Shown one piece after another: positions 1 to 7,769 of a stretch of 11,749 nucleotides of DNA. Position numbers and translations under genes: made by a program. The notes beneath the pieces are model-generated. The model made no database searches, was not told where the DNA came from, and saw nothing but the letters and a program-made list of their open reading frames with translations. Origin of the DNA: Candidatus Eiseniibacteriota bacterium (GTDB lineage Bacteria; Eisenbacteria; RBG-16-71-46); the NCBI GenBank assembly GCA_031364845.1, contig JANLWX010000122.1, forward strand, positions 1 to 11,749. Direction: 5' to 3'. Position 1 is the first letter of the stretch. The number at the start of each line of letters is the position of its first letter.

Positions 1-1
1 C

Positions 2-319
2 GGTGCGATCGTCGACGTCGGCGAGGGCATCGAAGGCTTCATCCCGCTGTCGCAGCTCGGCATCGACGATCTGAAGCGTCCGAACGACGCGTTCGAGGTC
101 GGCGAGGAGCTGACGATGAAGGTGACGCGGGTCGATGTGCCCAATCACCGCCTGATCATGAGCGTGAAGGCGTGGCTCGGCGAGCAGGACGACATCTCGC
201 TCGCGGAGTGGACGTCCAAGCGCAATCAGGTGCGGGCGAACATCGCCGCGAATCCTCCGGTCGAGGAGCCCCAGCCGAAGGGCAAGCTGCCGAAGGACGA
301 TCTGCCCGAAGACGAATAG
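2..319 (+). CDS. rpsA: 30S ribosomal protein S1, C-terminal part (5'-truncated by window)
   Basis: Frame starting at base 2 reads GAIVDVGEGIEGFIPLSQLGIDDLKRPNDAFEVGEELTMKVTRVDVPNHRLIMSVKA, a typical S1 OB-fold repeat, followed by a charged tail and TAG at 317-319. The ORF-track entry 116..319 is only an internal-ATG fragment. Assignment to rpsA rather than another S1-domain protein is inferred from similarity to the last S1 repeat. Confidence 0.82.
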   Translation, partial: GAIVDVGEGIEGFIPLSQLGIDDLKRPNDAFEVGEELTMKVTRVDVPNHRLIMSVKAWLGEQDDISLAEWTSKRNQVRANIAANPPVEEPQPKGKLPKDDLPEDE

Positions 320-340
320 CGCTTCGATCAGAGGACGAAA

Positions 341-378
341 CGAACGGCCGGGACGACGATCAGTCGCCCGGCCGTTCG
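341..378 (+). terminator. Strong hairpin after rpsA, probable intrinsic terminator or mRNA 3' stabiliser
   Basis: CGAACGGCCGGG (341-352) pairs perfectly with CCCGGCCGTTCG (367-378). After a bulged A, CGAC/GTCG adds 4 bp around a 5-nt loop (GATCA). Starts 21 nt after the stop. The downstream U-tract is weak (CATTCC). Confidence 0.7.
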
Positions 379-395
379 CATTCCGCTGACGGCGG

Positions 396-425
396 TTGTC
401 GCGTTTCACATCGACGCCGTATGCT
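396..425 (+). promoter_or_regulatory. Putative sigma70 promoter for TPR-SPOR/mutS unit
   Basis: TTGTCG (396-401), 18-nt spacer, TATGCT (420-425). Lies just after the rpsA hairpin and 9 nt before ATG 435. Confidence 0.5.
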
Positions 426-434
426 CGGCGTTCG

Positions 435-1307
435 ATGCCCCACGCCCCCCGATTCCTGATCGCCGCCGCCGCGCTCGCGTCACTCGCCGTGCTCGTGGCG
501 CCCGCCGCTGCCGTAACGCTCGATTCGCTGCTCGCGCGCCTGCCGGCCGACAGCCTCGCCGTGCCCCTGCGGCGGTTCGAGAACGAGGCCTCGCGTCCGC
601 GGGAAGGAGCGCAGGCCGCGTTCCTGCTCGGCCAGCTCCACTACGCGCGCGGCGAGTACCGTCGTGCGGCGGAAGCGTTCTCGCGCGCGGCAGCCCGGCT
701 CGACCCGGCGCGCAAGTCCGAGGCGCGCTACTGGGCTGCGCTGAGCTGGCTGGCACTCGGGGACCACGCGCAGGCGCGCGCGACATTCGAGGAGCTGGTG
801 AGTCCCGAGGCCCCGCGTCGCGACGATGCATTGTTCGGCACTGCGGTCGCGTGGGAACAGGCGCGCCGTCCGGAGCGCGCGTATCCGATCCTCGGGCCGC
901 TGTCGGTGACGGCGCGCGGCGAGTCGGCGCCGGCGGTGCTCGAGTACACCATGCGGTTCGCGCACCGGTTCCAGCAGCCCGGAGTCGCGCAGAAGGCGCG
1001 CGAGCGGTTGATCGCCGAGTATCCGCGCAGCATCGAGGCCGCGCGCGCCGGGCTCGTGGCTGCGACCGCGGCGGCGCGAGCGTTCGCCGAGGTCGGCCCG
1101 TATCCGACCGAGCCCCAGGCGCATGCGGTCGCCGAACGCGCGCGCGCGGGCGGATTCCCCGAGGCCGCGGCGGTCACGCGCGGTGTCGCGGGAGCACCGC
1201 TCCACTTCGTGCGCCTCGGGTCGTATCCCAGCGACGCCACCGCGAAGCAGGCGGCCGAGCGCGCGCAGCGCGACCTTCATGTTCCGGCCCGCGTGGTGAG
1301 TCCATGA
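435..1307 (+). CDS. Exported tetratricopeptide-repeat + C-terminal SPOR-domain protein (CpoB/BamD-like TPRs)
   Basis: Signal peptide MPHAPRFLIAAAALASLAVLVAPAAA. TPR-like helices AAFLLGQLHYARGEYRRAAEAFSRA, ARYWAALSWLALGDHAQARATFEEL, ALFGTAVAWEQARRPERA and LIAEYPRSIEA. C-terminal two-repeat SPOR pattern FAEVGPYPTEPQA...LHFVRLGSYPSDATAKQAA. ATG 435 is preferred to TTG 396 because it places the signal peptide at the N-terminus. Confidence 0.8.
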   Translation: MPHAPRFLIAAAALASLAVLVAPAAAVTLDSLLARLPADSLAVPLRRFENEASRPREGAQAAFLLGQLHYARGEYRRAAEAFSRAAARLDPARKSEARYWAALSWLALGDHAQARATFEELVSPEAPRRDDALFGTAVAWEQARRPERAYPILGPLSVTARGESAPAVLEYTMRFAHRFQQPGVAQKARERLIAEYPRSIEAARAGLVAATAAARAFAEVGPYPTEPQAHAVAERARAGGFPEAAAVTRGVAGAPLHFVRLGSYPSDATAKQAAERAQRDLHVPARVVSP

Positions 1308-3985
1308 CCTCGGCGCTCGGACGCAGTTCGGCGGCGGCGGCTTCCACCGCTTCAGCCGCGGGGAAGGCCGCGACGACTCCGCTCATGCGCCAGTACCTGC
1401 GCGTGAAGCAGGATCATCCCGATGCATTCCTGTTCTTCCGGCTCGGCGACTTCTACGAGCTGTTCTTCGACGACGCGGTCAAGGTCGCCCAGTTGCTCGG
1501 ACTCACGCTCACCTCACGCAACAAGACGGATCCCACGCCGATTCCGATGTGCGGGATCCCCTGGCATCAGCGCGACACTTACGCCGCGCGGCTCCTGCGA
1601 CTCGGGCACCGGATCGCGATCTGCGACCAGCTCGAGGAACCGACCCCCGGCAAACCGCTCGTGGATCGGGGTGTCACCGAAATCCTCACACCCGGCTCGG
1701 TCACGGCCGACACGTTCCTCGAAGCCGGCGCCAACAATTATCTCGTCGCGCTGTGGCCGGCGGCCGATCGGCTCGGCGTGTGCATCGCCGACGCCTCGAC
1801 GGGTGAGGTGCGGCTCGCCGAGCCGTCGTGGGAAGACGCGACCGGGCTCGTGTCGCGCCTGCGCGTTTCGGAGTGGCTGACGCCGGCCGGGCCCGCTGAG
1901 GAACCCCGCCTCGAGGCCGTGTTGCGCGGGTTGCCGGGCGCGCGAACCGTGGTGCCGCGCTCGCGGTTCCTCGAAGCGCAGGATCCGCGTCCGCGCTGGG
2001 ATGCGGCCGCGGTTGCCGCACTCGAAGGACTCGATGCCGGCATCACGGCCGCCGGTGCGGCGATCGACTATCTGGATCGCATGCAGGGCGGGCGTGCGCT
2101 CCAGCTCACGCGGATCGAGCGCTGGAGCGAGGACGAGACGCTGCGCTACGACGCTTCGACTGCGCGGCACCTCGAATTGTTCCAGCCGCAGCCGGGCGGT
2201 GAAGCGCGGCACACACTGTGGCATCTGCTCGATCGCTGTGTCACCGCACTCGGATCGCGCCGGCTGCGCGCGTGGATCGAACGGCCGCTGGTGCAACGTG
2301 TGCCGCTCGGTGCGCGTCACGATGCGGTCGCGGCGTGGGTGTCCGCCACCTCCGCTCGAGCCGCGCTGCGCGATGCGCTCGGCGGAGTTCCGGACCTTGA
2401 GCGCCTCGCCGCGCGGCTCGCGTGCGCGCGGGCGACCCCGCGCGATCTGGGCGCGCTTCGCGATGCGCTGGCGGCGATTCCAGGCATCCGGGCCACGCTC
2501 GAGCGCCTCGAGGGCGAATCCATGCGCCGCGCGCACGATCGACTCGAAGGTCTGCCCGCGCTCCATGCGCGGCTCACGGCGGCACTGGTCGACGAGCCGC
2601 CGCCGATCGCCCGCGACGGCGGGATCATTCGCGGCGGATTCGATACCACGCGCGACCAACTGTTCGACCTCGCGCACTCCGGAAAGCGCTGGATTGCCGA
2701 GCTCGAGGCCACCGAGCGCGCGCGCACCGGCATCGCGAGCCTCAAGGTGGGATACAACCGCGTGTTCGGCTACTACCTCGAGGTCACGCGCACCCATCTC
2801 GACAAAGTGCCGCCCGAATGGGAACGACGCCAGACGCTGACCACGGCCGAGCGTTTCGTCACACCGGCGTTGAAGCTCAAGGAAGGCGAGGTGTTGAGCG
2901 CGGAGGACCGTCTCAAGGCGCGCGAGCTCGAACTGTTCGTGTCGATCCGCGACGAGGCGGCCGCCGAGGTCGCGGCCCTGCAGCGGCTCGGCCTCGCACT
3001 GGGAACGCTCGATGCCGAAGCGACGCTCGCCGAGGTCGCCACTCAGTTCGGCTGGACGCGGCCCGAGATGAACGACTCGGGCGAGTTGGTGCTCGAAGGC
3101 TCGCGCCATCCGGTGGTCGAGCGCCTCCTTCCGGGCGGAGAGTTCGTGCCGAACGCGGTGCATCTCGACAGCGCGTCGCGCCAGATTCTCCTGCTCACCG
3201 GTCCCAATATGGGCGGCAAGAGCACCTACCTGCGTCAGATCGCGATCGCAGTGCTGCTCGCCCAATCGGGTTCGTTCGTGCCCGCCGCGCGCGCGCGGAT
3301 CGGGGTGGTCGACCGGTTGTTCACGCGTGTGGGTGCGGCCGACCGGCTCGGCTCGGGCCAGAGCACCTTCATGGTGGAAATGAGCGAGACCGCCGACATC
3401 ATGCGCTCGGCGACGCCGCGCTCGCTCGTGGTGCTCGATGAGGTGGGGCGGGGCACGGCGACCTACGATGGACTCGCGATCGCATGGGCGGTGACCGAAT
3501 ACCTCCATGCGGCCGCGGGCCCGCGGCCGCGCACGGTGTTCGCGACCCACTACCACGAGCTGACGCAACTCGCCGACACGCTGCAGCGTCTCGTCAATGT
3601 GCACGTGCTGGTGCAGGAGACCGGCGACCAGGTCGTGTTCCTCCACCGGATTGCCGACGGTGCCGCCGACCGCTCGTATGGCATTCACGTGGCTCAGCTC
3701 GCGGGGCTGCCGCGCGGAGTACTCGATCGCGCGCGTGAAGTGCTGGCGGAGTTGGAGCGGGAGCGGACGGTTGAACATTTCGAGGCGGGCGGTTACGTGG
3801 CACAGCCTGCGGCGAACGCGCCGTCCGTGGTGCGGGAGGCTGCTGTCGCGGGAACGTCACAGCTCGGCCTGTTCGGCGCGGACCATCCGCTGAAGGAGGA
3901 ACTGCGGAAGCTGGATCCCGACACACTCACACCGCTTCAGGCGCTGCAGTTGCTCGCGGCGTGGAAAGAGCGGTTCGCAGAGTAG
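1304..3985 (+). CDS. mutS: DNA mismatch repair protein MutS (MutS1), 893 aa
   Basis: TPLMRQY, mismatch-binding FFRLGDFYELF, KVGYNRVFGYYLEV, Walker A TGPNMGGKSTYLRQ, STFMVEM, Walker B LDEVGRGT, FATHYHEL, SYGIHVA, C-terminal QLGLF clamp motif and LTPLQAL. Start ATG 1304 overlaps the upstream stop (ATGA). The ORF-track extension to 851 lies inside the upstream gene. Confidence 0.98.
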   Translation: MTSALGRSSAAAASTASAAGKAATTPLMRQYLRVKQDHPDAFLFFRLGDFYELFFDDAVKVAQLLGLTLTSRNKTDPTPIPMCGIPWHQRDTYAARLLRLGHRIAICDQLEEPTPGKPLVDRGVTEILTPGSVTADTFLEAGANNYLVALWPAADRLGVCIADASTGEVRLAEPSWEDATGLVSRLRVSEWLTPAGPAEEPRLEAVLRGLPGARTVVPRSRFLEAQDPRPRWDAAAVAALEGLDAGITAAGAAIDYLDRMQGGRALQLTRIERWSEDETLRYDASTARHLELFQPQPGGEARHTLWHLLDRCVTALGSRRLRAWIERPLVQRVPLGARHDAVAAWVSATSARAALRDALGGVPDLERLAARLACARATPRDLGALRDALAAIPGIRATLERLEGESMRRAHDRLEGLPALHARLTAALVDEPPPIARDGGIIRGGFDTTRDQLFDLAHSGKRWIAELEATERARTGIASLKVGYNRVFGYYLEVTRTHLDKVPPEWERRQTLTTAERFVTPALKLKEGEVLSAEDRLKARELELFVSIRDEAAAEVAALQRLGLALGTLDAEATLAEVATQFGWTRPEMNDSGELVLEGSRHPVVERLLPGGEFVPNAVHLDSASRQILLLTGPNMGGKSTYLRQIAIAVLLAQSGSFVPAARARIGVVDRLFTRVGAADRLGSGQSTFMVEMSETADIMRSATPRSLVVLDEVGRGTATYDGLAIAWAVTEYLHAAAGPRPRTVFATHYHELTQLADTLQRLVNVHVLVQETGDQVVFLHRIADGAADRSYGIHVAQLAGLPRGVLDRAREVLAELERERTVEHFEAGGYVAQPAANAPSVVREAAVAGTSQLGLFGADHPLKEELRKLDPDTLTPLQALQLLAAWKERFAE

Positions 3986-3995
3986 GAACGGCGTT

Positions 3996-4595
3996 CTACC
4001 GTTCGCGGTTTCCCGATTCCGCGCCGGCGATCTGCAGCAGTGCTGACGCGTTGGCGGCGCGCGCGCGGCCTTTGGCCTTCGGCGGGCCTTCGGGCATCTG
4101 GCTTCGGTAGGCGAGCAATCGCGTCCAGTGCGCGGGTCGATGCTGCTGGATCCACGCTTCGAGTTCTTCCGCGTTGTGGAACCACCCGCGCATGTCGGAC
4201 AGCGGATAGCGCCGCTCGCAGCTGCGCGGATCGTAGTCGCGGCACAGCACCGGATGGCGGCCGTGAATGTTGCAGCGGCCGTCGGCCTTCAACTGCCGGC
4301 AACGGGTCGGGATGTAGACGAACCACCGTTCGGGCTTTTCGACGTACATCTCGAGTCCCTGATGATGCAGCATCCAGATCCACTGATCGTATTCCCACGC
4401 CTGGCGCGGGGCGTCGACTTCGATCGTGACGTAGGTGCAGCAGGTGACGCAGCCCGCGCACAGATCGGCGTTCTCTTCGGAGCTGAGGGCGCGCGAATCG
4501 CGGCCGTCGTCGGCCGGGATCGCGGCGGGCGGATCGGCGAGCGAAGTGGCCGATGCGCTCGCGTGCGTCGCGGGCGCGCGGCGCTCCTTCGTCAT
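3996..4595 (-). CDS. YkgJ family cysteine-cluster (CxxCxxCC, putative Fe-S/Zn-binding) protein, 199 aa
   Basis: CAGCVTCC motif plus CRQLKADGRCNIHGRHPVLCRDYDPRSC, the family C-terminal pattern. Start MTKERR at ATG 4595 overlaps the stop of the upstream gene (ATGA). Confidence 0.88.
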   Translation of the reverse strand: MTKERRAPATHASASATSLADPPAAIPADDGRDSRALSSEENADLCAGCVTCCTYVTIEVDAPRQAWEYDQWIWMLHHQGLEMYVEKPERWFVYIPTRCRQLKADGRCNIHGRHPVLCRDYDPRSCERRYPLSDMRGWFHNAEELEAWIQQHRPAHWTRLLAYRSQMPEGPPKAKGRARAANASALLQIAGAESGNRER

Positions 4596-5455
4596 CGGCG
4601 TTCTTCGGCGGCGAGGCGCGCGTAACGCGCGAGGCCCGCATCGTCGGTGGTGGTGGCGAAGCGTTCGGCCGCAGCCTGCAGTGCCGGATGCGGCGCACCC
4701 GCCGCCGCGTCGAGCGCGAGCCATGCGAGCCGCTCGGGGCGCGCGGGATCCTCGGCGCGATCGAGCACCGCGGCCAGCGTCTCGGCCGCCGCGGGGACGA
4801 CGCCGAACGCGAGCGGCGCCTTCCACAGCGCGCGCGCCGCTTCGGCACGCACCGTTTCCGAGGGATCGGTGAGGCTCTCGGTGAGCCGTACGCGCAGGCT
4901 GTCGCGCACCGGATGATCCGAGAAGCGCGAGGGACGGGTGACGGCCGAGTGCTCGATGTCGGCGACGATCACGTTCTGCCCGAGCGCGATCACGGCCTGC
5001 TCGCGCACTACCGGATCTGGATCGCGTGAGAGTGCCACGATGCGCGCCACGGTTTCGGGTGAGCGGTAGCTCCACTTGAGGATCGCGCGGGTTTTGGCGC
5101 GCCCGGTCTGGGGAGTGGCTTCGCCGCTGGGGGCAGACTGTGTGTGCACCATGAACGGCATCACGCAGAACTCGAAAACGAACCACCCGGTCAGGATCCG
5201 CTGCGGCCAGTTCACCGCGTGACGCAGCGCCAGCAGCGTGGCGATCCCTGCACCCCACATCGGAACCTTGAGCCACCCGCCGCCCGCGAGCCACGCGCGA
5301 TAAGCCTCGGAGGTGCCGGGCGTGAGACCCATGCGCTCAGCGAGTGTCAGCCCCCAGCCCGCGAGCGTGGCAGCGAACAGCGCGGCGACGAAACCGATCG
5401 CGAGCCCGCTGAACAGGCGCGGTCCGTATCCGCCATCGCTCCAGACCTTCCTCAC
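4592..5455 (-). CDS. Membrane protein with ~3 N-terminal TM helices and C-terminal HEAT-like repeats, 287 aa
   Basis: GTG 5455 overlaps the upstream TGA (GTGA), with GGAGG 7 nt upstream. Hydrophobic segments LFSGLAIGFVAALFAATLAGWGLTLA, WLKVPMWGAGIATLLAL and ILTGWFVFEFCVMPFMV. HEAT-like repeats LSRDPDPVVREQAVIALG and LTDPSETVRAEAARALW. Confidence 0.75.
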   Translation of the reverse strand: MRKVWSDGGYGPRLFSGLAIGFVAALFAATLAGWGLTLAERMGLTPGTSEAYRAWLAGGGWLKVPMWGAGIATLLALRHAVNWPQRILTGWFVFEFCVMPFMVHTQSAPSGEATPQTGRAKTRAILKWSYRSPETVARIVALSRDPDPVVREQAVIALGQNVIVADIEHSAVTRPSRFSDHPVRDSLRVRLTESLTDPSETVRAEAARALWKAPLAFGVVPAAAETLAAVLDRAEDPARPERLAWLALDAAAGAPHPALQAAAERFATTTDDAGLARYARLAAEERR

Positions 5456-5799
5456 TTCTTGTCCTCCGAGACGATCATCTTCCACACCATGCTGACCGCG
5501 GCCAGGATCAGCGAGGCAATCACCATGGTCGAGAAGCCGACCACTTCGAAGCCCGGCACCAGCTTCGCCGTGAGCCACAGCATGATCGCGTTCAAGACGA
5601 GCAGGAAGAGCCCGAGCGTGACGATCGTGAGGGGCAGTGTGAGCACGAACAGGATCGGCTTCACGATCGTGTTGACGAGTGCCAGCACCAGTGAGGCGAA
5701 CAGCGCCGGAACGAAGCCACTCACCTGAAAGCCCGGCATGATCCGCGACAGGCCGAGCATCGCCGCCGCCATCACCACGAAATAGAGCAGGTGGATCAT
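5452..5799 (-). CDS. 4-TM 'phage holin family' membrane protein (YvlD/DUF360-type), 115 aa
   Basis: MIHLLYFVV...PGFQVSGFVPALFASLVLALVNTIVKPILFVLTLPLTIVTLGLFLLVLNAIML...VPGFEVVGF matches the family signature (NxxVKPIL..LTLP..TLGLF..LNA). ATG 5799 overlaps the upstream stop, with GGAGG 7 nt upstream. Confidence 0.9.
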   Translation of the reverse strand: MIHLLYFVVMAAAMLGLSRIMPGFQVSGFVPALFASLVLALVNTIVKPILFVLTLPLTIVTLGLFLLVLNAIMLWLTAKLVPGFEVVGFSTMVIASLILAAVSMVWKMIVSEDKK

Positions 5800-7649
5800 C
5801 GTGCGCCCTCCAGAACTTCGAGGCAGTTCTCGTACCGTCCGAACGACGGCATGAGATAGACCCCGTTGGCCATGCTGCGACACTGGGCCAGCAGATCCTG
5901 CGCCAGCTCGACGCCGACCTTCTGGCCTTCGTTGCCGGCCTCGTGCATCCGCGCGCGGATCCAGTCGGGCACCAGAATCCCCGGCACTTCATTGTGCAGG
6001 AACTCGGCGTGGCGGAACGACTGAAGCGGAAGAATACCGATCATGATCGGCACGTTGGAGAGCCCCGACAGCCGGTCCACGAACCGCTTCCATCCTTCGA
6101 GCTCGTACACCGGCTGGGTCATCACGAAATGCGGCCCGGCCTCGAGCTTGCGCTTCACGCGGTCGAACTCGCCTTCGAGATCCTCGGACGTCGGATTCAC
6201 ACCGCAGCCGATCGCGAACTGCGTCACCGCGCCGATCGACGTCCCCGCGAGATCGGTGCCGCGGTTCATCATCTGGACGATCTTGATCAGGCCGACCGAG
6301 TCGGTGTCGTAGACCGCGGTCGCGTTGGGATAGTCCCCGAGGCTCGGCGGGTCGCCGGTCAGGCACAGGATGTTGCGCAGCCCGAGCGCATGCGCCCCGA
6401 GCAGGTCGCTCTGGAGCCCCATCAGATTACGATCGCGGGTCGTGAAGTGAAGGATGATGTCGAGCCGCGGGAAGTGCGAGCGGATGAGATAGGCGAGCGC
6501 CATGTTGCTCATGCGGATGCGCGCGAGCGGCGAGTCCGCGATGTTCACGATGTCCACGCCGTGCTGCGCCATCAGGCGCGCGGCCTCCATCACCTTGGTC
6601 GTGTTGATGCCACGCGGCGGATCGATCTCGACGCTCACCACAAACTTCTCGCGCATCAGGCGCAGGAGCGCGGGCTCCTCGGCGGTCGCCGACAACACGA
6701 CCGGCGACGGCTCGCGCTCGAGCACCCGGACTTCGGCGCCGGGCGCCAGTTTCTCGGCTGGAAGTTTGGAGGCGATGCGCTCGCGCATCGCGGCCGTGTG
6801 CGCCGGAGTCGTGCCGCAACATCCGCCAACCAGGCGCACGCCCATGTCGATCGCGCGTGCCGCGAACTCGGCGAAATACTCGGGGCTCGTGAGGTAGACG
6901 AAACGCCCTTCGACAAATTGCGGCAGACCAGCGTTGGGCATCGCCGACACCGGCGTGTCGCCGGCCGCGGCGATGAACTCTTCCAGCACTTCGAGCGTCG
7001 GTTGCGGGCCCACTCCGCAGTTGACGCCGACCACGTCGGCGCCCGCCTGCTTGAGTGCGCGCACCACCAGCGACGGGGTGTGCCCGTAGAGCGTCTTGCC
7101 GTCGAGGCCGAACGTCATCTGTGCGACCACCGGCAGGTCGGCGGACACGCGGCGGATCGTCCGCAACGCGGCCAGGATCTCATTCAGATCCTGGAAGGTC
7201 TCGAGGATGAACAAGTCGCAGCCGCCTTCGAGCAGTCCTTCCGCGGCGGCCGCGAACGCGCGCTCGGCCTCCGACACGGTCAGGTGGCCGAACGGCTCGA
7301 GCGGCTTGCCGAGCGGTCCCATCGAGCCCGCGACGAATGCGTTGACGCCGACGATCTCGCGCGCCGCGCGCGCGATCTTCACGCCCTGGCGGGCGATGAT
7401 GCGGCTCTTCTCCTCGAGACCGTGGGCCGCGAGGCGCGCGGGGTTGGCGCCGAACGTGTTGGTCTCGATCATCTCGGCCCCGGCCGCGAGGTAGGAGCGG
7501 TGCACCTCCTCGATGACCGCGGGCTCGGCAAGGTTCAGTTCGTCGAAGCAGCGGTCGAACGCGATGCCGCGTTGGAACAGCAGGGTGCCCATCGCGCCGT
7601 CGGCAAGAATCGGCGCGCGGGCCAGTCGATCGAGGAAGATAGAGGGCAT
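5796..7649 (-). CDS. yitJ: Bifunctional homocysteine S-methyltransferase / 5,10-methylenetetrahydrofolate reductase (YitJ-type), 617 aa
   Basis: N-terminal HCY-binding barrel: DGAMGT, AGAEMIETNTFGAN, GSMGPLG, Zn ligands GVNC and GGCCGTTP. C-terminal MTHFR-like domain: VSVEIDPP, NIADSP, RDRNLMGLQS, LTGDPP, TQPVY, FLHNEVPGI. Confidence 0.93.
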   Translation of the reverse strand: MPSIFLDRLARAPILADGAMGTLLFQRGIAFDRCFDELNLAEPAVIEEVHRSYLAAGAEMIETNTFGANPARLAAHGLEEKSRIIARQGVKIARAAREIVGVNAFVAGSMGPLGKPLEPFGHLTVSEAERAFAAAAEGLLEGGCDLFILETFQDLNEILAALRTIRRVSADLPVVAQMTFGLDGKTLYGHTPSLVVRALKQAGADVVGVNCGVGPQPTLEVLEEFIAAAGDTPVSAMPNAGLPQFVEGRFVYLTSPEYFAEFAARAIDMGVRLVGGCCGTTPAHTAAMRERIASKLPAEKLAPGAEVRVLEREPSPVVLSATAEEPALLRLMREKFVVSVEIDPPRGINTTKVMEAARLMAQHGVDIVNIADSPLARIRMSNMALAYLIRSHFPRLDIILHFTTRDRNLMGLQSDLLGAHALGLRNILCLTGDPPSLGDYPNATAVYDTDSVGLIKIVQMMNRGTDLAGTSIGAVTQFAIGCGVNPTSEDLEGEFDRVKRKLEAGPHFVMTQPVYELEGWKRFVDRLSGLSNVPIMIGILPLQSFRHAEFLHNEVPGILVPDWIRARMHEAGNEGQKVGVELAQDLLAQCRSMANGVYLMPSFGRYENCLEVLEGAR

Positions 7650-7658
7650 GGGCCGGGG

Positions 7659-7688
7659 AGATTAACCTGAATGATCCGCTTCCGTCAC
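7659..7688 (-). promoter_or_regulatory. Putative sigma70 promoter for yitJ operon
   Basis: On the minus strand: GTGACG (7688-7683), 18-nt spacer, TAATCT (7664-7659), then 9 nt to ATG 7649. No SD-like sequence in between (CCCCGGCCC). Confidence 0.4.
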
Positions 7689-7769
7689 GTTGCGGCCTGA
7701 CCGCGCCCGGACGCAAAGCTTCTGGTGAACCACGTTCGGTCATGTGCTCGCAAGGAATTGCCGCCGCCG

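Noticed and set aside
851..1303. 151-aa N-terminal extension of MutS given by the ORF track
   Set aside because: An Arg/Gly-rich off-frame reading of the TPR-SPOR gene. The real start is the ATGA overlap at 1304.
1514..3778. 754-aa antisense ORF over mutS
   Set aside because: Shadow ORF caused by high-GC codon bias. It is Arg/His-rich, has no motifs, and lies entirely opposite a clear gene.
5452..5799. 'Holin' as a sign of a prophage or lysis cassette
   Set aside because: This 4-TM family is common in chromosomal housekeeping contexts. No endolysin, integrase or other phage gene is present, and I see no compositional shift.
5943..7670. 575-aa plus-strand ORF opposite yitJ
   Set aside because: Codon-register antisense shadow of the yitJ frame with no recognisable domain.
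7727..7737. GAAC-N3-GTTC as a LexA (SOS) box
   Set aside because: The Gram-positive box is GAAC-N4-GTTC, so the spacing is wrong, and the flanking genes are not SOS-type.
7705..7745. GGACGCAAAGC resembles the core of the c-di-GMP-I (GEMM) riboswitch
   Set aside because: The upstream GYAAA strand, GNRA tetraloop and tetraloop receptor are missing, and the segment lies upstream of the predicted plus-strand promoter. An Rfam scan would settle it.
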